From Candidatus Zixiibacteriota bacterium (lineage in GTDB: Bacteria; Zixibacteria; MSB-5A5; GN15; JAAZOE01): DNA of 64,000 nucleotides. Location of the stretch: contig JBDREQ010000009.1 of NCBI GenBank assembly GCA_043819555.1, positions 99,006 through 163,005 of the forward strand, in the 5' to 3' direction. Shown piece by piece: positions 1 through 12,090 of this stretch; positions within the stretch are counted from its first letter, which is position 1, and each line of letters opens with the position of its first letter. The position numbers and the translations under genes were made by a program. The notes under the pieces are model-generated. The model had not been told where the DNA came from, ran no database searches, and was given only the letters and a program-made list of their open reading frames with translations.

Positions 1-261
1 AAAAATCGATAAAAACAAAATCGCGATAACAAAAACGATCAGGTATAATTTTTTGTCATATAAAAGATGCATAAATATCAGCAACACCATCAAACCCTTT
101 ACGCCGGCGATGGCCAACGCGACAACGACATTCCATCCTCCGAGGTTAATCTTCGATACAGCGACCGTCACTACCGTTAGAATAAACAAAGCTAATGCCA
201 CGCCCAGATATACCTTGATTGGTACCAGATAATGTTCTCCTTTAACTGCCTGTTGACTCAT
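1..261 (-). CDS. ctaF: Cytochrome c oxidase subunit IV (caa3-type), partial, runs off left edge
   Basis: Not in the ORF track. Manual translation from ATG at 261 gives MSQQAVKGEHYLVPIKVYLGVALALFILTVVTV...ALAIAGVKGLMVLLIFMHLLYD. The K...FMHL motif of subunit IV is present, and the gene directly follows subunit III. Confidence 0.9.
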   Translation of the reverse strand, partial: MSQQAVKGEHYLVPIKVYLGVALALFILTVVTVAVSKINLGGWNVVVALAIAGVKGLMVLLIFMHLLYDKKLYLIVFVIAILFLSIF

Positions 262-265
262 ATCA

Positions 266-913
266 TCATCCAATCAAATACAATAGCGGGAATAAAAATA
301 TCCAGATCAAATCGACCAGATGCCAGTACAATCCGGTCATCTCCATTGGAGTATAATAATCTTTGGAGAATCTATTTTTCAAAGTCTTAACCATCACCCA
401 CGTAATTGCTATCATTCCGCCAATTACATGCAATCCATGCAGTCCGGTCATCACAAAATAAACGCTAAAAAATATATGCGGGTTGGATCCTTCGACTCCG
501 GTGAAAGTGTAATATTTCCCCGGCAATTGTCCCAGATGATACTTGTGGCTATATTCAAAATATTTTACGACCAAAAACACGGCCGCGAACACCAGCGTCA
601 ATGCCAGGCTTATCACCGTTTTTCTTTTATCGCCAACCTGCATAAATCGAATTGACAGAGCCATCGTCAGGGAACTAGTGATCAGAACAATCGTATTGAG
701 CATGCCCAGATTGGAATCCAGAAATTTATGGGCGTTATAAAACATATCGGGATTCCAGGCGCGATAGATGGCGTAAAAACAAAACAACCCGCCAAACAGT
801 AATATTTCGGTCAGCAGAAATATCCACATCCCCAGCTTGGCGGAATCCTGCTGCTGTGTTACATCGCTGAAATGATGCGCCAGATGTGACGGATGTCCGT
901 TCGCGTCGCTCAT
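266..913 (-). CDS. ctaE: Cytochrome c oxidase subunit III
   Basis: LGMWIFLLTEILLFGGLF, TGLHGLHV and GLYWHLVDLIWIFLFPLLY motifs. Confidence 0.95.
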   Translation of the reverse strand: MSDANGHPSHLAHHFSDVTQQQDSAKLGMWIFLLTEILLFGGLFCFYAIYRAWNPDMFYNAHKFLDSNLGMLNTIVLITSSLTMALSIRFMQVGDKRKTVISLALTLVFAAVFLVVKYFEYSHKYHLGQLPGKYYTFTGVEGSNPHIFFSVYFVMTGLHGLHVIGGMIAITWVMVKTLKNRFSKDYYTPMEMTGLYWHLVDLIWIFLFPLLYLIG

Positions 914-922
914 GATATTTTC

Positions 923-2524
923 CTAATTTCGCTCCACCAGAACTTTATCATAATCGTATGGTCCGTGTAAAAATATCGGCGTCCCCACGAAATTCTCCGG
1001 GGGGGGCGGCGATGTCGTTTGCCATTCCATCGTAAGGGAACCCCAGGGATTATCGGGGGCTTGTTTTCCTTTGATTAATGAATGGACAAAATAAATAATC
1101 ATTATCAAAAACCCTGCGCCAAGAACCCACGAGCCAACCGAAGAAAATCCATGCAATGGCTGATACTGGTCGAGATAATTATAATACCTCCGCGGCATAC
1201 CTTTTGTCCCCAGAATAAATTGCGACATAAAAGTCATATTGAAACCGATGAATATCAGGGCCAGCGATATTTTCGCCCACCGTTCGCTATACATCCTGCC
1301 AAACATTTTGGGCCACCAGAAATGGAGCCCGCCCAAAAAAGCGATTGTCGTTCCACCCATCATGACATAATGAAAATGCGCCACCACAAAATAGGTGTCA
1401 TGCAAATGAACATCAACCGCCAGAGATCCCAGAAAGATACCGGTCAATCCACCGATAGAGAACAAAAATAAAAACGACAAGGCATACAGCATCGGCGTAT
1501 CGAGTTTTATCTGGGCTTTATACATCGTTGCCAGCCAGTTGAAGACTTTGATTCCCGAGGGAATGGCGACCATAAAAGTCAAGAATGAAAATATCATAGC
1601 CGCGATTTCCGATTGTCCGCTGGTGTACATATGATGGCCCCAGACGAGGAAACTGACAAATGCAATCGCCAGCGATGAAAACGCGATGGCGTTATAACCA
1701 AATATTTTCTTATGCGAAAAAGTCGCGACCAGCTCGCTGATAATACCCATCCCCGGCAAAATCATGATATATACCGCCGGATGCGAATAGAACCAGAAGA
1801 AATGTTGAAACAAAACCGGATCGCCACCCATGGCCGGATCAAATATCCCAATTCCAAAAACCCGCTCCAAAATCAAAAGTATCAACGTAATTCCCAAAAC
1901 CGGCGTTGCCAGGACCTGAATTATCGCCGTAGCATACAATCCCCAAACAAATAAAGGCATCTTAAACCATGTCATTCCCGGCACGCGCAGCTTGTGAACC
2001 GTTACGATGAAATTAAGCCCGGTAAATATTGATGAGAATCCCAGTATAAACACACCGGTCGTCATCGACACCACCGACGTCGTCGATTCAGTGCTATAAG
2101 GCGTATAAAAAGTCCACCCGGTATCGACCGCTCCGGCCACGATTGAATAGAGAGCAAAAAGCGAACCGGCGACATATATATACCAACTCGCAAGATTCAA
2201 TCGGGGGAAGGCGACATCTTTGGCGCCAAGCATCTGGGGCAGGACAAAATTGCCAAGCGCCGCCGGAATTGAAGGGATGATAAAAAGAAAAATCATGATC
2301 GCGCCATGAAGAGTAAATACCCGATTATAAGTATCGGCTTCGATAAAATCTTTGCCCGGTGATAATAATTCCAGCCGTATCACCATCGCCAGGAGACCGC
2401 CCACGATGAAAAAAGTCATGATCGCCGCCAGATACATAATCCCGATTCGTTTATGATCAAGCGTATATAGCCAGCTTTTTATTCCTTTTGGTTCCTTCAA
2501 GTAACTCAGCCTTACTTCATCCAT
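923..2524 (-). CDS. ctaD: Cytochrome c oxidase subunit I, A2-type
   Basis: [31 protein letters not shown] (YS motif instead of Glu, so A2 type), WGHH and [11 protein letters not shown]. Start at 2524 chosen for its GAGGT RBS; the ORF track starts at 2542. Confidence 0.97.
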   Translation of the reverse strand: MDEVRLSYLKEPKGIKSWLYTLDHKRIGIMYLAAIMTFFIVGGLLAMVIRLELLSPGKDFIEADTYNRVFTLHGAIMIFLFIIPSIPAALGNFVLPQMLGAKDVAFPRLNLASWYIYVAGSLFALYSIVAGAVDTGWTFYTPYSTESTTSVVSMTTGVFILGFSSIFTGLNFIVTVHKLRVPGMTWFKMPLFVWGLYATAIIQVLATPVLGITLILLILERVFGIGIFDPAMGGDPVLFQHFFWFYSHPAVYIMILPGMGIISELVATFSHKKIFGYNAIAFSSLAIAFVSFLVWGHHMYTSGQSEIAAMIFSFLTFMVAIPSGIKVFNWLATMYKAQIKLDTPMLYALSFLFLFSIGGLTGIFLGSLAVDVHLHDTYFVVAHFHYVMMGGTTIAFLGGLHFWWPKMFGRMYSERWAKISLALIFIGFNMTFMSQFILGTKGMPRRYYNYLDQYQPLHGFSSVGSWVLGAGFLIMIIYFVHSLIKGKQAPDNPWGSLTMEWQTTSPPPPENFVGTPIFLHGPYDYDKVLVERN

Positions 2525-2531
2525 ACAGACC

Positions 2532-3476
2532 TCATTCCTCAAGCGACTTTATATAAGCTATCAACGCGTCAACCTGACGATTATTCAAAATCCCCTGAAA
2601 AGTCGGCATCACCGGCTGATACCCGGCAACCACTTTTGCTCGCGGATTAACGATTGATTCGCGCAAATAGTTTTCATCTATTGTAAGGACAGTTCCATCG
2701 GCCAGTCCGCGTTCAATTCCAAAGATTTTATTCAATGGCGGTCCGGTATGCGCACCTCCGTCAACTTTATGGCATGTAACGCAAGCTTTCGTTCTGAATA
2801 ATTGTTCGCCGTATTCGTCCAGCGACATGCCCTCGCCGCTAACCGCGCTCGATTCCAGCCACGCGGCGAATTCCCGCTCACCAACGACATTGACGCGCCC
2901 GATCATATCCGAATGCGATTTCCCGCAATATTCGGCGCAAAACAGATTATGTCCGCCGACACTTTCAGCCTCAAACCATGTCACGGTGTAACGATTCGGC
3001 AATACATCCATTTTGATGCGAAAGTCGGGTACAAAAAAACTGTGAATAACATCCTTGGATGACATCAACAGCTTGATCGGCTTACCCGCCGGAACCGTTA
3101 AATCATTGACGGTTGTCGCTCCATTGGGATAATCAAAGGTCCAAAACCACTTTTGACCGGTAACCTTAATCTCATAGGCGTCTTTGGGGACGACATGCAT
3201 TTTCATAAAGAGTCGGAAACCCCAGAAAAACACAATAATGACCAGTATCGTCGGGATAATCGACCAGATCAGTTCCAGTTTAAAATTATGCGATAAATCC
3301 GGAGTCAGGGTATCTTTGGCTTTACTGTGGTAGCGAGTGGCGAAAAAGAAAATGATGAAGACAACGATAACAAAAAAAACCAACCCGCCGTAAAGAATAA
3401 AATTAAAAAGAGCGTCCACATCTGGTGCAATCGTTGAACTGCCCGGTGGCATAATCAAAGTACCGGCCGTATCCAT
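2532..3476 (-). CDS. ctaC: Cytochrome c oxidase subunit II with fused cytochrome c (caa3)
   Basis: DVIHSF and [12 protein letters not shown] (CuA ligands), with a C-terminal CVTCH heme c motif. Confidence 0.96.
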   Translation of the reverse strand: MDTAGTLIMPPGSSTIAPDVDALFNFILYGGLVFFVIVVFIIFFFATRYHSKAKDTLTPDLSHNFKLELIWSIIPTILVIIVFFWGFRLFMKMHVVPKDAYEIKVTGQKWFWTFDYPNGATTVNDLTVPAGKPIKLLMSSKDVIHSFFVPDFRIKMDVLPNRYTVTWFEAESVGGHNLFCAEYCGKSHSDMIGRVNVVGEREFAAWLESSAVSGEGMSLDEYGEQLFRTKACVTCHKVDGGAHTGPPLNKIFGIERGLADGTVLTIDENYLRESIVNPRAKVVAGYQPVMPTFQGILNNRQVDALIAYIKSLEE

Positions 3477-3496
3477 AATCTAAGTCTTTGCCTTTC

Positions 3497-4333
3497 CTAT
3501 ATCTTATTTTGCCCGGTCGAGACGCGGCGGCGCCGCGATTCTCTCAGCCACCAGAACCCCAAAAATAACACCAACAAAACCACCGTTATGGTTCCTCCTA
3601 ATTTCATCACATTGCCCGCCAGTACCACATATCCTCCGGCATCGGGATCATAATGGAAACAGTAAAGCAGTACTCGATCAATCGTATTTCCGATTTTCCC
3701 TTCGGATGCTTCGAGCAATGCCAGTCTCAAATCGCGTTCTTTGAATTCAATGCCGTACAGGTATCTCGATATTTTGCCCTCGGGAGTCAGGATAGTTATT
3801 ACGGCCGCATGCGCGTACTGATTATTCGCTTCATCCCAGTAGTATTTAAATCCGATCGCATCCGCCAACCGTTTCGATTCTTCCGCCGCAGCAACAAAAT
3901 ACGTCCACCCGGCCGAAACCTCCGCTCGTCCCAACGACTTGATGTAATTTTGCTTTTTATCCGCGGCTAATTGCACTGTTTCAAGAGGATCAATACTGAC
4001 GGTCAGAAGGCGATATTCTTTCCCCGGAGTCCAGGCAAGATTCCTGATGCCTTCAGTTACCCCGTTGAAAACCAGATTGCACAACATCGGACAGGTATAA
4101 TATCCCAATATCAAAATTACCAGCTTATCATCATTGAAATATTTTTCCAGAATTACCTGTTTGCCGGCATCATTGGTTAAGACAACATCTAGCGGAATGA
4201 TATCTCCCAGATGTTCCTCAATATCAATTCCCTCAAGAGCCGGATCATTCTGATTTATTACTTGCGCCAAAGAAGAAACACCAATCCAATTGACAACAGC
4301 CAAAACCAATATATATCTGATAAATCGCCTCAT
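3497..4333 (-). CDS. SCO1/SenC family copper chaperone
   Basis: Signal peptide, YYTCPMLC (CxxxC), conserved His in QYAHAA and a C-terminal TM helix. Sits between the act and cox genes. Confidence 0.88.
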   Translation of the reverse strand: MRRFIRYILVLAVVNWIGVSSLAQVINQNDPALEGIDIEEHLGDIIPLDVVLTNDAGKQVILEKYFNDDKLVILILGYYTCPMLCNLVFNGVTEGIRNLAWTPGKEYRLLTVSIDPLETVQLAADKKQNYIKSLGRAEVSAGWTYFVAAAEESKRLADAIGFKYYWDEANNQYAHAAVITILTPEGKISRYLYGIEFKERDLRLALLEASEGKIGNTIDRVLLYCFHYDPDAGGYVVLAGNVMKLGGTITVVLLVLFLGFWWLRESRRRRVSTGQNKI

Positions 4334-4335
4334 GA

Positions 4336-4689
4336 TCACCTTCCCTTATCCGTTTTCGCGCTATAAATCGAATCCGCCATTAATTTCATCGCCGCTTCAA
4401 TCGGAATCCGATACACTTCGTTCTTTTCATCGATAAGGCCATAAGATGATAATAACTCCGCTTCCTGTGCGCGCAGCTCCCGCAGTTCCGCTGAAATCGG
4501 TTTCAACTCCATTTCATAAACCAATTCCTCCCTGGTGGCAAAATAATAATCAAATAAAAATATCAGGATAATCACCAGAACCGCTATCAACCCGGCGCCG
4601 TACCCAAGAACCTTCAAAATATTTACGTCGCGTTTCTCGTAACCGCTATCGGTTTTATTCAGGGAGTTATTTTTCTTTTTTTCGCCCAT
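4336..4689 (-). CDS. actG: Alternative complex III small single-TM subunit (ActG-like)
   Basis: GYEKRD, one TM helix and YRIPIEAAMKLM. Located immediately after actF. Confidence 0.7.
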   Translation of the reverse strand: MGEKKKNNSLNKTDSGYEKRDVNILKVLGYGAGLIAVLVIILIFLFDYYFATREELVYEMELKPISAELRELRAQEAELLSSYGLIDEKNEVYRIPIEAAMKLMADSIYSAKTDKGR

Positions 4690-4698
4690 CTTCTTTCA

Positions 4699-5883
4699 TT
4701 AATGATTTATAAAGTTTATCGAATCCTCAAGGCGCGGATCTCGGATCGGAACAATCGGGTGCGAAACAAAGCGCGACCAGAAAAACCAGAAACAAATTCC
4801 GCCGATGCCAATGAAGGTACTGATATCCATCCATGATAAATAAAATCCATGCTGATGGTATGTCGGGATAATCAACCAGTACATGTCAACGTAATGCATG
4901 AAAAGCAGCCACCCGGCCAGAATTTTCAAAGATACTAATTGCCGTTTTGCTCCCCGCGTTATCAGGATAAAAAACGGAATCACAAAATTCCCAAAGACCA
5001 AAAGTAGCGATACAGCTTTCCACGATCCTTCCCAACGATGCAAAAACCAAATTGTTTCCTCGGGGATATTCGCATACCATATCAGAAAATACTGCGAAAA
5101 AGCCATATAACCCCAGAAAACCATGAAAGCGAATGTCAGTTTGCCTAAATCATGATAATGCTCAATCGTTACAACATTAGCCAATACTCCGCGATTCCGC
5201 AAATACATTAAGATCAAGGTCGTGAACGTTAAAAATCCGACCAATCCTCCAGAGAAGATATAAACACCGTAAATTGTCGAATACCAGTGAGGATCCAGAG
5301 ACATCAGCCAATCGAAAGATGCGAAAGTCAAAGACAGAGCAAACAAAATCATCCCAGGCGCGCTGACGCGCCCGAATTTCTGGCGGATCTTTTCTGTATG
5401 GCCATCATCCTGCCTGAGTGAATATTTGCGAAGAAGAAATATCAGTATAATCCAGATCGCAAAATAGATAAATGAACGGATTACAAAAAAGGACATATTC
5501 AGATACGGTTGTTTTCCCATGAGAAGCGCATCCTGCGCCACAGCATCAACATGGGTCCAGTGATACAATGAATGCGCCCCAAATAATATCGGCAGAAAGA
5601 ATATTATCATCAGAGGCAGCATCAGCATGATATTTTCTGTCAAACGCCGCAGGACAACGCTCCATGTCGCACCGGTCAGATGATGCACCATAGCAAAAAA
5701 CAACGCTCCCGCCGAAAGCGTAAACCAAAAGGCAAATGATGTAAGATACGAAAAGAAAAACTGGTCATTATCAACGAAATATCCAATCAGGCTGACCACC
5801 AGACCGGCAATCCCTAATGTCAGTGCGGTTTTGCCCAGGTGTCCGGCATCCGATATCATATATGTCGAAGCATCATATTTCAT
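4699..5883 (-). CDS. actF: Alternative complex III subunit ActF
   Basis: Polytopic membrane protein with DWLMSLDPHWYSTIYG, HYHDLGKL and SQYFLIWYANIPEET. Confidence 0.93.
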   Translation of the reverse strand: MKYDASTYMISDAGHLGKTALTLGIAGLVVSLIGYFVDNDQFFFSYLTSFAFWFTLSAGALFFAMVHHLTGATWSVVLRRLTENIMLMLPLMIIFFLPILFGAHSLYHWTHVDAVAQDALLMGKQPYLNMSFFVIRSFIYFAIWIILIFLLRKYSLRQDDGHTEKIRQKFGRVSAPGMILFALSLTFASFDWLMSLDPHWYSTIYGVYIFSGGLVGFLTFTTLILMYLRNRGVLANVVTIEHYHDLGKLTFAFMVFWGYMAFSQYFLIWYANIPEETIWFLHRWEGSWKAVSLLLVFGNFVIPFFILITRGAKRQLVSLKILAGWLLFMHYVDMYWLIIPTYHQHGFYLSWMDISTFIGIGGICFWFFWSRFVSHPIVPIRDPRLEDSINFINH

Positions 5884-6524
5884 TGGTTGCCCTGCCTGAT
5901 TTTCTCACGTAATTCTTCGGGAACATCATTAGGCTTTGAATTTTGACTTTTTTGCAGTGCCCGCAAATAGGTGATTATTGCCCAGCGATCATTGACCGGG
6001 ATCTGATGGGCGTAAGCTGGCATATTGCGAACGCCATTTGTAACCACGTCAAATATTTGACCAGCCGGCATTTCACGTATCCGATCATCATGAAATGAGG
6101 GCGGAGGCAAATACCCCTTTTTGATCATTATTCCTTTCCCGTCGCCGAGCCGACTGTGACAGGGGGAGCAATATATATCAAATCTCTCCCGGCCCCGTTT
6201 TAATATCTCCATGTCAACATCGATCGGACTCGTCCGGATAAAATCACCCCTATCGTTCTTCCCCAGGTAAAATTCATCATCATCCCGCAAATCACCTCGG
6301 GCAATCGTCCCCGCTACCGGATTTCGCATCGACGCACCATCTTCAAAAAATGAATTGGCCGACTGTGGCTTAACTTTCTCTTGATCATCCATATTGGGAT
6401 TCAAATGAATTGGAGGATTTCCTGAAGGCCGCTCCCTGGCACAACCCATAAGAACAATCAAAGACATCAAAATAATATACGCTGTTGACAATACTTTATA
6501 ATACCCGATCATTTTCATAATCAA
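5880..6524 (-). CDS. actE: Alternative complex III monoheme cytochrome c lipoprotein ActE
   Basis: Lipobox LMGC, NMDDQ, CSPCH heme motif and DRWAIITYLRALQ. Confidence 0.92.
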   Translation of the reverse strand: MIMKMIGYYKVLSTAYIILMSLIVLMGCARERPSGNPPIHLNPNMDDQEKVKPQSANSFFEDGASMRNPVAGTIARGDLRDDDEFYLGKNDRGDFIRTSPIDVDMEILKRGRERFDIYCSPCHSRLGDGKGIMIKKGYLPPPSFHDDRIREMPAGQIFDVVTNGVRNMPAYAHQIPVNDRWAIITYLRALQKSQNSKPNDVPEELREKIRQGNQ

Positions 6525-7060
6525 CTTTCAAGCAGTTCGACATTATATCCGCCCAGTGATTGCAGGAGCTCTTTAGTTTTATCCGGATCGAAATCCTTAT
6601 CGCCTTTTTCCACGCTTACAAAGAAACAATCGATACTACAAGCCGCGAACCGTTCCGAATAAAATACCGGATGATGCAGGCGAGGAAGTCCGTTAATCGC
6701 CAGCATTCCGATCGACGCCGTAAAGGCGCTGGCCAGAACCGCCAATGCAAAAGTCACAAATAAATAGGCGTGGTAACTAAAAAAAGGCTTGCCGGATATT
6801 ATGATTGGATAATCTATTGCGCTTGTCCACCACTGCAGAGCCAGCGCTCCGATCCCGCCTATTAAGGCCATTAAACCGACCATCCACCCCAGAGGCGACC
6901 GTTTCAATCCCATCGCTTCGTCCATTCCATGAATCGGAAACGGCGAATGACAATCGAATTTTGTCAGTCCGGCATCACGCAATTTCTCCGCCGCGCGCAA
7001 AAGGACCAGCGGATTATCAAACTGGGCCAGCATACCATGAATCTTTTTCTGGCTACTCAT
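6521..7060 (-). CDS. actD: Alternative complex III subunit ActD (DUF3341)
   Basis: [27 protein letters not shown] and [10 protein letters not shown]; two TM helices. Confidence 0.92.
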   Translation of the reverse strand: MSSQKKIHGMLAQFDNPLVLLRAAEKLRDAGLTKFDCHSPFPIHGMDEAMGLKRSPLGWMVGLMALIGGIGALALQWWTSAIDYPIIISGKPFFSYHAYLFVTFALAVLASAFTASIGMLAINGLPRLHHPVFYSERFAACSIDCFFVSVEKGDKDFDPDKTKELLQSLGGYNVELLES

Positions 7061-8444
7061 CGCCCGTCCCCTTCCCGTGCGATTCATAATAATGAGGATT
7101 GGCTTCCGGCAAGACTCCCTTCACCTCCGACATGGCGATAATCGGCACGAATCGGATGAAGAGTAAAAACAGCGTGAAGAACAATCCGAACGACCCGACA
7201 AATGTGCTGATATCCCAAAATGTGGGACGGAAATAATCCCAGCTCGACGGAAGAAAATCATTTGCCAGCGAGGAGACAACAATCACAAACCGTTCAAACC
7301 ACATACCAACATTGATAAAGATTGAAGCGACAAACATTACCGGAATTGAGCGGCGCAGTTTCTTGAACCAGAAAAGCTGAGGCACAATCACATTGCACGA
7401 TATCATTGTCCAATAAGCCCAGGCATAAGGACCGGTGGCGCGATTAATAAACACAAACTGTTCATATAAATTGCCGCTATACCAGGCGATGAAAAATTCT
7501 ATCGAATAGGCATATCCGACCATCATTCCCGTCAAAAGCATTATTTTGTTCATCCGTTCCAGATGGCGGATGGTGATATAATCTTCGAGGGCAAATATCT
7601 TGCGAACGATTATCGAAAGCGTCATGACCATCGCGAATCCGGAAAAGATTGCACCGGCCACAAAATACGGCGGGAAAATCGTCGTATGCCACCCCGGTAA
7701 AATACTAGTCGCAAAGTCGGTCGAGACAACCGAATGCACGGAAAGAACCAAAGGCGTTGAAACTCCGGCCAAAATTAAATAGGCCAGTTCATAATGTTTC
7801 CATTGCCGGTTGCCGCCGCGCCATCCAACGGAAAATATTCCAAAGGCAATTTTTCGAATTTTCTTTTTGGCCCGATCGCGAAGCGTCGCCAGATCGGGAA
7901 TTAGTCCGACATACCAGAACAAAAGCGAGGCGGTAAAGTAAGTTCCGACCGCAAACACATCCCACAACAGGGGACTGCGGAAATTCGGCCACATCTCCAT
8001 CTGATTGGGAATGGGAAACAGATAATACGCTATCCAAATTCGCCCAACATGAATACCGGGAAATATCAAGGCGCAAATTACGGCAAACAACGTCATCGCT
8101 TCGGCGAATCGATTAATCGACGTCCGCCATTTTTGCCGGAGCAAAAATAATATCGCTGAAATCAGGGTGCCGGCATGGCCAATTCCGACCCAGAAAACAA
8201 AATTCACAATCGCCCAACCCCAGCCAACGGGATTATTCAAACCCCAAATCCCGATACCTTCCCAGACCAGATAGCCTATCGAAATAAACAGAAGCAATGT
8301 CAGAGCGCTCGAAATGGTGATAGCGGCATACCACCACTTCGAAACTTTCTGCTCGCTTACTTTTGAGATGCGTTCGGAAATTATTCCAAACGATTGTTGA
8401 CCGTCAAGCAGCTGTTCTGTTTCTGTTTTCTCGATTGTACTCAA
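7053..8444 (-). CDS. actC: Alternative complex III quinol-oxidising subunit ActC (NrfD/PsrC family)
   Basis: [60 protein letters not shown] and GMWFERF. Confidence 0.96.
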   Translation of the reverse strand: MSTIEKTETEQLLDGQQSFGIISERISKVSEQKVSKWWYAAITISSALTLLLFISIGYLVWEGIGIWGLNNPVGWGWAIVNFVFWVGIGHAGTLISAILFLLRQKWRTSINRFAEAMTLFAVICALIFPGIHVGRIWIAYYLFPIPNQMEMWPNFRSPLLWDVFAVGTYFTASLLFWYVGLIPDLATLRDRAKKKIRKIAFGIFSVGWRGGNRQWKHYELAYLILAGVSTPLVLSVHSVVSTDFATSILPGWHTTIFPPYFVAGAIFSGFAMVMTLSIIVRKIFALEDYITIRHLERMNKIMLLTGMMVGYAYSIEFFIAWYSGNLYEQFVFINRATGPYAWAYWTMISCNVIVPQLFWFKKLRRSIPVMFVASIFINVGMWFERFVIVVSSLANDFLPSSWDYFRPTFWDISTFVGSFGLFFTLFLLFIRFVPIIAMSEVKGVLPEANPHYYESHGKGTGDE

Positions 8445-8458
8445 GTTTTTGTTATACC

Positions 8459-11431
8459 TTATTGTCCCCGGTTTGTTTTATATCCCACCAATTTTGGATT
8501 CGGATTTCGCACCCGCGCCAGATATGAGTTTCTTGGCCGAACATTAAGCTCGGCCAGAAGCTCATAATTCAAATTATCTTTTTTCTTTAATGCGACTGCG
8601 CTTTCAGGGTCGTTGATATTGCCAAATGTTATCGCCTCGGTCGGACAGGCTTGCTGGCAGGCGCTGACAATCTCACCATCACTAAGCTCACGTCCTTCTT
8701 TCCTGGCCGATATCTTTCCACGATTGATGCGCTGGGTACAGAATGTGCATTTTTCCATCACGCCCCGGAATCGAACCGTTACGTCCGGATTCATGGCCAT
8801 CTTTACAATTTCCGGAGTTTTACTCGTGTAATTAAAGAAATTGAACCGCCGCACCTTATAAGGACAGTTGTTGGAACAATAGCGCGTCCCCACACAACGG
8901 TTATAGGTCATGACATTGAGACCTTCTTTATCATGCGATGTCGCCTGCACCGGACAAACTTGCTCGCAAGGGGCATTCTCGCAATGCTGACAGGCAACCG
9001 GCTGGAACAATGCTTTGGGATCCTCGGTATCGCCGGTAAAATAACGATCCAGACGAATCCAGTGCATCTCCCGGCCATTTCCAACCTGTTCTTTGCCCAC
9101 CACGGGAATATTATTTTCACTCTGACACGCAATCGTACAGACATTGCATCCGATACACTTACTCAAATCAATCGTCATGCCCCACTGATAACCTGCGCTG
9201 TAATCATGCTCGGGATAAATATTTCTAAGCGGCGGATGCGACTCGGCGTCTTTGGCAAAATCCGGATTGTGTTTGTATTCGTCGAGATTCGCCTCTCTAA
9301 CAAGTGGACGTCCCTCCATGCTGCCATGATCCTGAGTTGATGCCAGGGGATACACTTTACCTGTTTTGGAAACCTTCACGCCATTAATATAGTCAAGCTG
9401 ACCGAATTTTCTCATTCCATAGATGTTGACTCCGACGCCGTTGCCGACTCGTCCGGCATGAGAACGCCCATAACCAACTTCAACGGCAATTGAATAATCC
9501 GGCTGTCCTGGCAATATCCAAATTGGTAATTCGATTGATTCATTATTGGCATCAATTTTGATAATATCACCGTTTGTAACATCCAATTCACTGGCGCTTT
9601 TTGGGCTAAGATATACTGCATTACCCCAGGTTAGCTTTGATATCGGATGCGGTAATTCCTGAAGCCAGCCATTATTGGCGTAACGTCCATCATATACAGC
9701 GGGCGATATATTAAACGTCAATTCCAGAGAATTGACTGAGTGCTCGGTATCAAAACCTATAATTGATGATACTTCCGCGTTTTTCAATTTCTCCGGTTTA
9801 TTTTGACTGTCAGTCAAAACCCCATCATGTAAAACCCGTCGCCATTTCTTTTCAAAATTGCTTTTGAGAATGTCCCGCCATGTTTCCCGAACAATCTCAT
9901 AACCCCGTCTATCAGTACCGTCGATTATAGTAGTGAAAACCTCAATATCGCTTTTTCCTCCAAATAACGGCTCGATCAATGGCTGAATAATGCTTTTGGT
10001 CCCATTGATTGCCGATGCATCTCCCCAATACTCTAAGAAATGCGCCCGATGAATATGCCAAGTTACATTTTGCGATGTTTCGTTGATATGCGAACTTAGA
10101 TGAACCGTATTGGGAACTCTACTAATGACATCTGAAAATTCCGGAGTATGATAAACCGGATTTCCTCCCAGAATTATTAATGTGTCAATTTTTCCGGAAA
10201 TGGAATCATCTATTAAAGATTGATAATCCCCGGCATCTGAGATTTTAACATCGTCAGCAGGATAATATGTAGCGGTTTTATTAGTGTTTCCCAGTTCATC
10301 ATTTATGGCGGCGATTAATTCATGCGTATTTTGAGAGAGAGTTTGGCCTCCAATGACCAAACTATGTCCACGATTCCCAATTAAATCTTCTGCAACTGCT
10401 CCCAACCAATCGTCATCCCATGAATCAACCGGGATCTTCATTAGGAAACCGTTTAACTTTATTTCAATACCTCTATCTTTCAATTCAAAATAAAGGCCGG
10501 TCACATAATGCTCAATAAGCTGTCTCGAAAGTCGTAATCGGTGGTCAGCCATCGCTCCGGTCGAGGTAAACGATGATTCAATCATATACAATCGATTAAT
10601 ATCGTCCTGACCCCCAGTGACATCTCTGCCCTTTGAGAATCGCTTAGCCGCAAGAACGCTTTCGCTTTCGGTCAGCAGAAAATCAGAATCAAACGAAAGG
10701 ATAACTTTGGCTTCATCATATAGATAATCCGGTCGGTAAGTTTTGTTTGTATTGAATGCCTTTTGTATGCCTCGATAAATATTCTCGTTGCCAATCGGTT
10801 CGTAGGCAACGATTTTTGCTTTGGGAAATTTGCGTATAAACTCTTTTTGCAATCGCGCCATAGTCGGCGACGCAAACGGTTCGGTCAAAATTGCAAGACC
10901 TTCGCCTTTATTGAGAACAGACTCCTCCCGCTTCTTTCTCCAGTATGATACAAACTCATCCCAACTCGACCCGGCCATATTATTTAAGACCTTTTTGGAC
11001 CTGTCGGGATCATACAGATTCAATATTTCCGCCTGCATCCAGACATTCGAACTGCCCAATGTTGACGGATGCAGTTTATTGCCTTCAATCTTAGTCGGGC
11101 GTCCTTCATGGCTTTCAACTACGATACCAAATGACGAAGAACCGAACGGCATCGTCGTGGCGTAATATTTGGGTATTCCCGGAACAATTTCTTCCGGCTG
11201 AACCACGTAAGGAATTACTTTCTCAACCGGCCTGCGGCACCCGGCCAACCCGGCCAGAGCCATCGAAGCCGCCATAATTCCCAGGAATTTCCTGCGGCTG
11301 ACTGGATTTTGTATTTCGGGCAATAAATCGGGGAATTCCGCCTCGACATGTTTTATATACTCGGGAGAATCGGCCAGATGATCAAGGCTGCGCCAGTATT
11401 CCTTGCCGTTATTCTTAAGTCTATTAGTCAT
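8459..11431 (-). CDS. actB: Alternative complex III subunit ActB (Tat-exported molybdopterin-oxidoreductase-like plus Fe-S)
   Basis: YWRSL, SRRKFL Tat motif, [14 protein letters not shown] and Fe-S motifs [35 protein letters not shown] and CTFC...ACP. ATG at 11431 overlaps the actA stop. Confidence 0.96.
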   Translation of the reverse strand: MTNRLKNNGKEYWRSLDHLADSPEYIKHVEAEFPDLLPEIQNPVSRRKFLGIMAASMALAGLAGCRRPVEKVIPYVVQPEEIVPGIPKYYATTMPFGSSSFGIVVESHEGRPTKIEGNKLHPSTLGSSNVWMQAEILNLYDPDRSKKVLNNMAGSSWDEFVSYWRKKREESVLNKGEGLAILTEPFASPTMARLQKEFIRKFPKAKIVAYEPIGNENIYRGIQKAFNTNKTYRPDYLYDEAKVILSFDSDFLLTESESVLAAKRFSKGRDVTGGQDDINRLYMIESSFTSTGAMADHRLRLSRQLIEHYVTGLYFELKDRGIEIKLNGFLMKIPVDSWDDDWLGAVAEDLIGNRGHSLVIGGQTLSQNTHELIAAINDELGNTNKTATYYPADDVKISDAGDYQSLIDDSISGKIDTLIILGGNPVYHTPEFSDVISRVPNTVHLSSHINETSQNVTWHIHRAHFLEYWGDASAINGTKSIIQPLIEPLFGGKSDIEVFTTIIDGTDRRGYEIVRETWRDILKSNFEKKWRRVLHDGVLTDSQNKPEKLKNAEVSSIIGFDTEHSVNSLELTFNISPAVYDGRYANNGWLQELPHPISKLTWGNAVYLSPKSASELDVTNGDIIKIDANNESIELPIWILPGQPDYSIAVEVGYGRSHAGRVGNGVGVNIYGMRKFGQLDYINGVKVSKTGKVYPLASTQDHGSMEGRPLVREANLDEYKHNPDFAKDAESHPPLRNIYPEHDYSAGYQWGMTIDLSKCIGCNVCTIACQSENNIPVVGKEQVGNGREMHWIRLDRYFTGDTEDPKALFQPVACQHCENAPCEQVCPVQATSHDKEGLNVMTYNRCVGTRYCSNNCPYKVRRFNFFNYTSKTPEIVKMAMNPDVTVRFRGVMEKCTFCTQRINRGKISARKEGRELSDGEIVSACQQACPTEAITFGNINDPESAVALKKKDNLNYELLAELNVRPRNSYLARVRNPNPKLVGYKTNRGQ

Positions 11432-12075
11432 CGATGGCACCCCGAACAATCAAGGGGCGGATTTATATTTTTCTCTTTTATCATTTTTTCCGCAAAATCT
11501 TTTTGATGGGCTGGAGCTATCCAGTTCATATTGGTTAATTCTTCCTTTGGGCGCAGATGATTATTGGGATTTCGATGACAATCCAGACACCACCCCATCG
11601 ACAAAGGCTTAACCTGCATCACTACCGCCATTTCGGCAATATTACCATGACAGCTCAAGCATCCCACCCCGGCATTAAGATGAGCGCTGTGATCAAAATA
11701 AACGTAATCGGGCAAATCATGGATTTTAATCCATTCGATAGGCGTTTTATTGGCCCAGCTTTCGCGCACCGGAAGAAGTTTTTCCGATTCCGGCAATATT
11801 AATTTATGGCAATTCATACATGTTTGAGTTGGCGGGATGTTGGCTTTGGGAGAAATTTCCACATTGGTATGGCAATAACGGCAATCTATCCCGAGGTCGC
11901 CGGCATGAAGTTTATGGCTATAAGCTACCGGCTGTTTGGGCCGATATCCGACATCGGTATATTTGGGTGAACCATAATACCAGAAAAATCCGGTCACCAT
12001 TATTGCCATTGCGGCAATCCCCGCAACCGCATAAGTCGGTAATTTATTTGTCCATTCTGGAAATATCTGTGCCAA
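11428..12075 (-). CDS. actA: Alternative complex III pentaheme cytochrome c ActA
   Basis: N-terminal TM helix and five CxxCH motifs (CRYCH, CMNCH, CLSCH, CLDCH, CSGCH). Confidence 0.95.
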   Translation of the reverse strand: MAQIFPEWTNKLPTYAVAGIAAMAIMVTGFFWYYGSPKYTDVGYRPKQPVAYSHKLHAGDLGIDCRYCHTNVEISPKANIPPTQTCMNCHKLILPESEKLLPVRESWANKTPIEWIKIHDLPDYVYFDHSAHLNAGVGCLSCHGNIAEMAVVMQVKPLSMGWCLDCHRNPNNHLRPKEELTNMNWIAPAHQKDFAEKMIKEKNINPPLDCSGCHR

Positions 12076-12090
12076 TTTCTTACCCTGTTA

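Noticed and set aside
999..1006. G homopolymers here and at about 40811-40817 as phase-variation tracts
   Set aside because: Both are in-frame poly-proline codons in intact conserved genes (ctaD and lepA).
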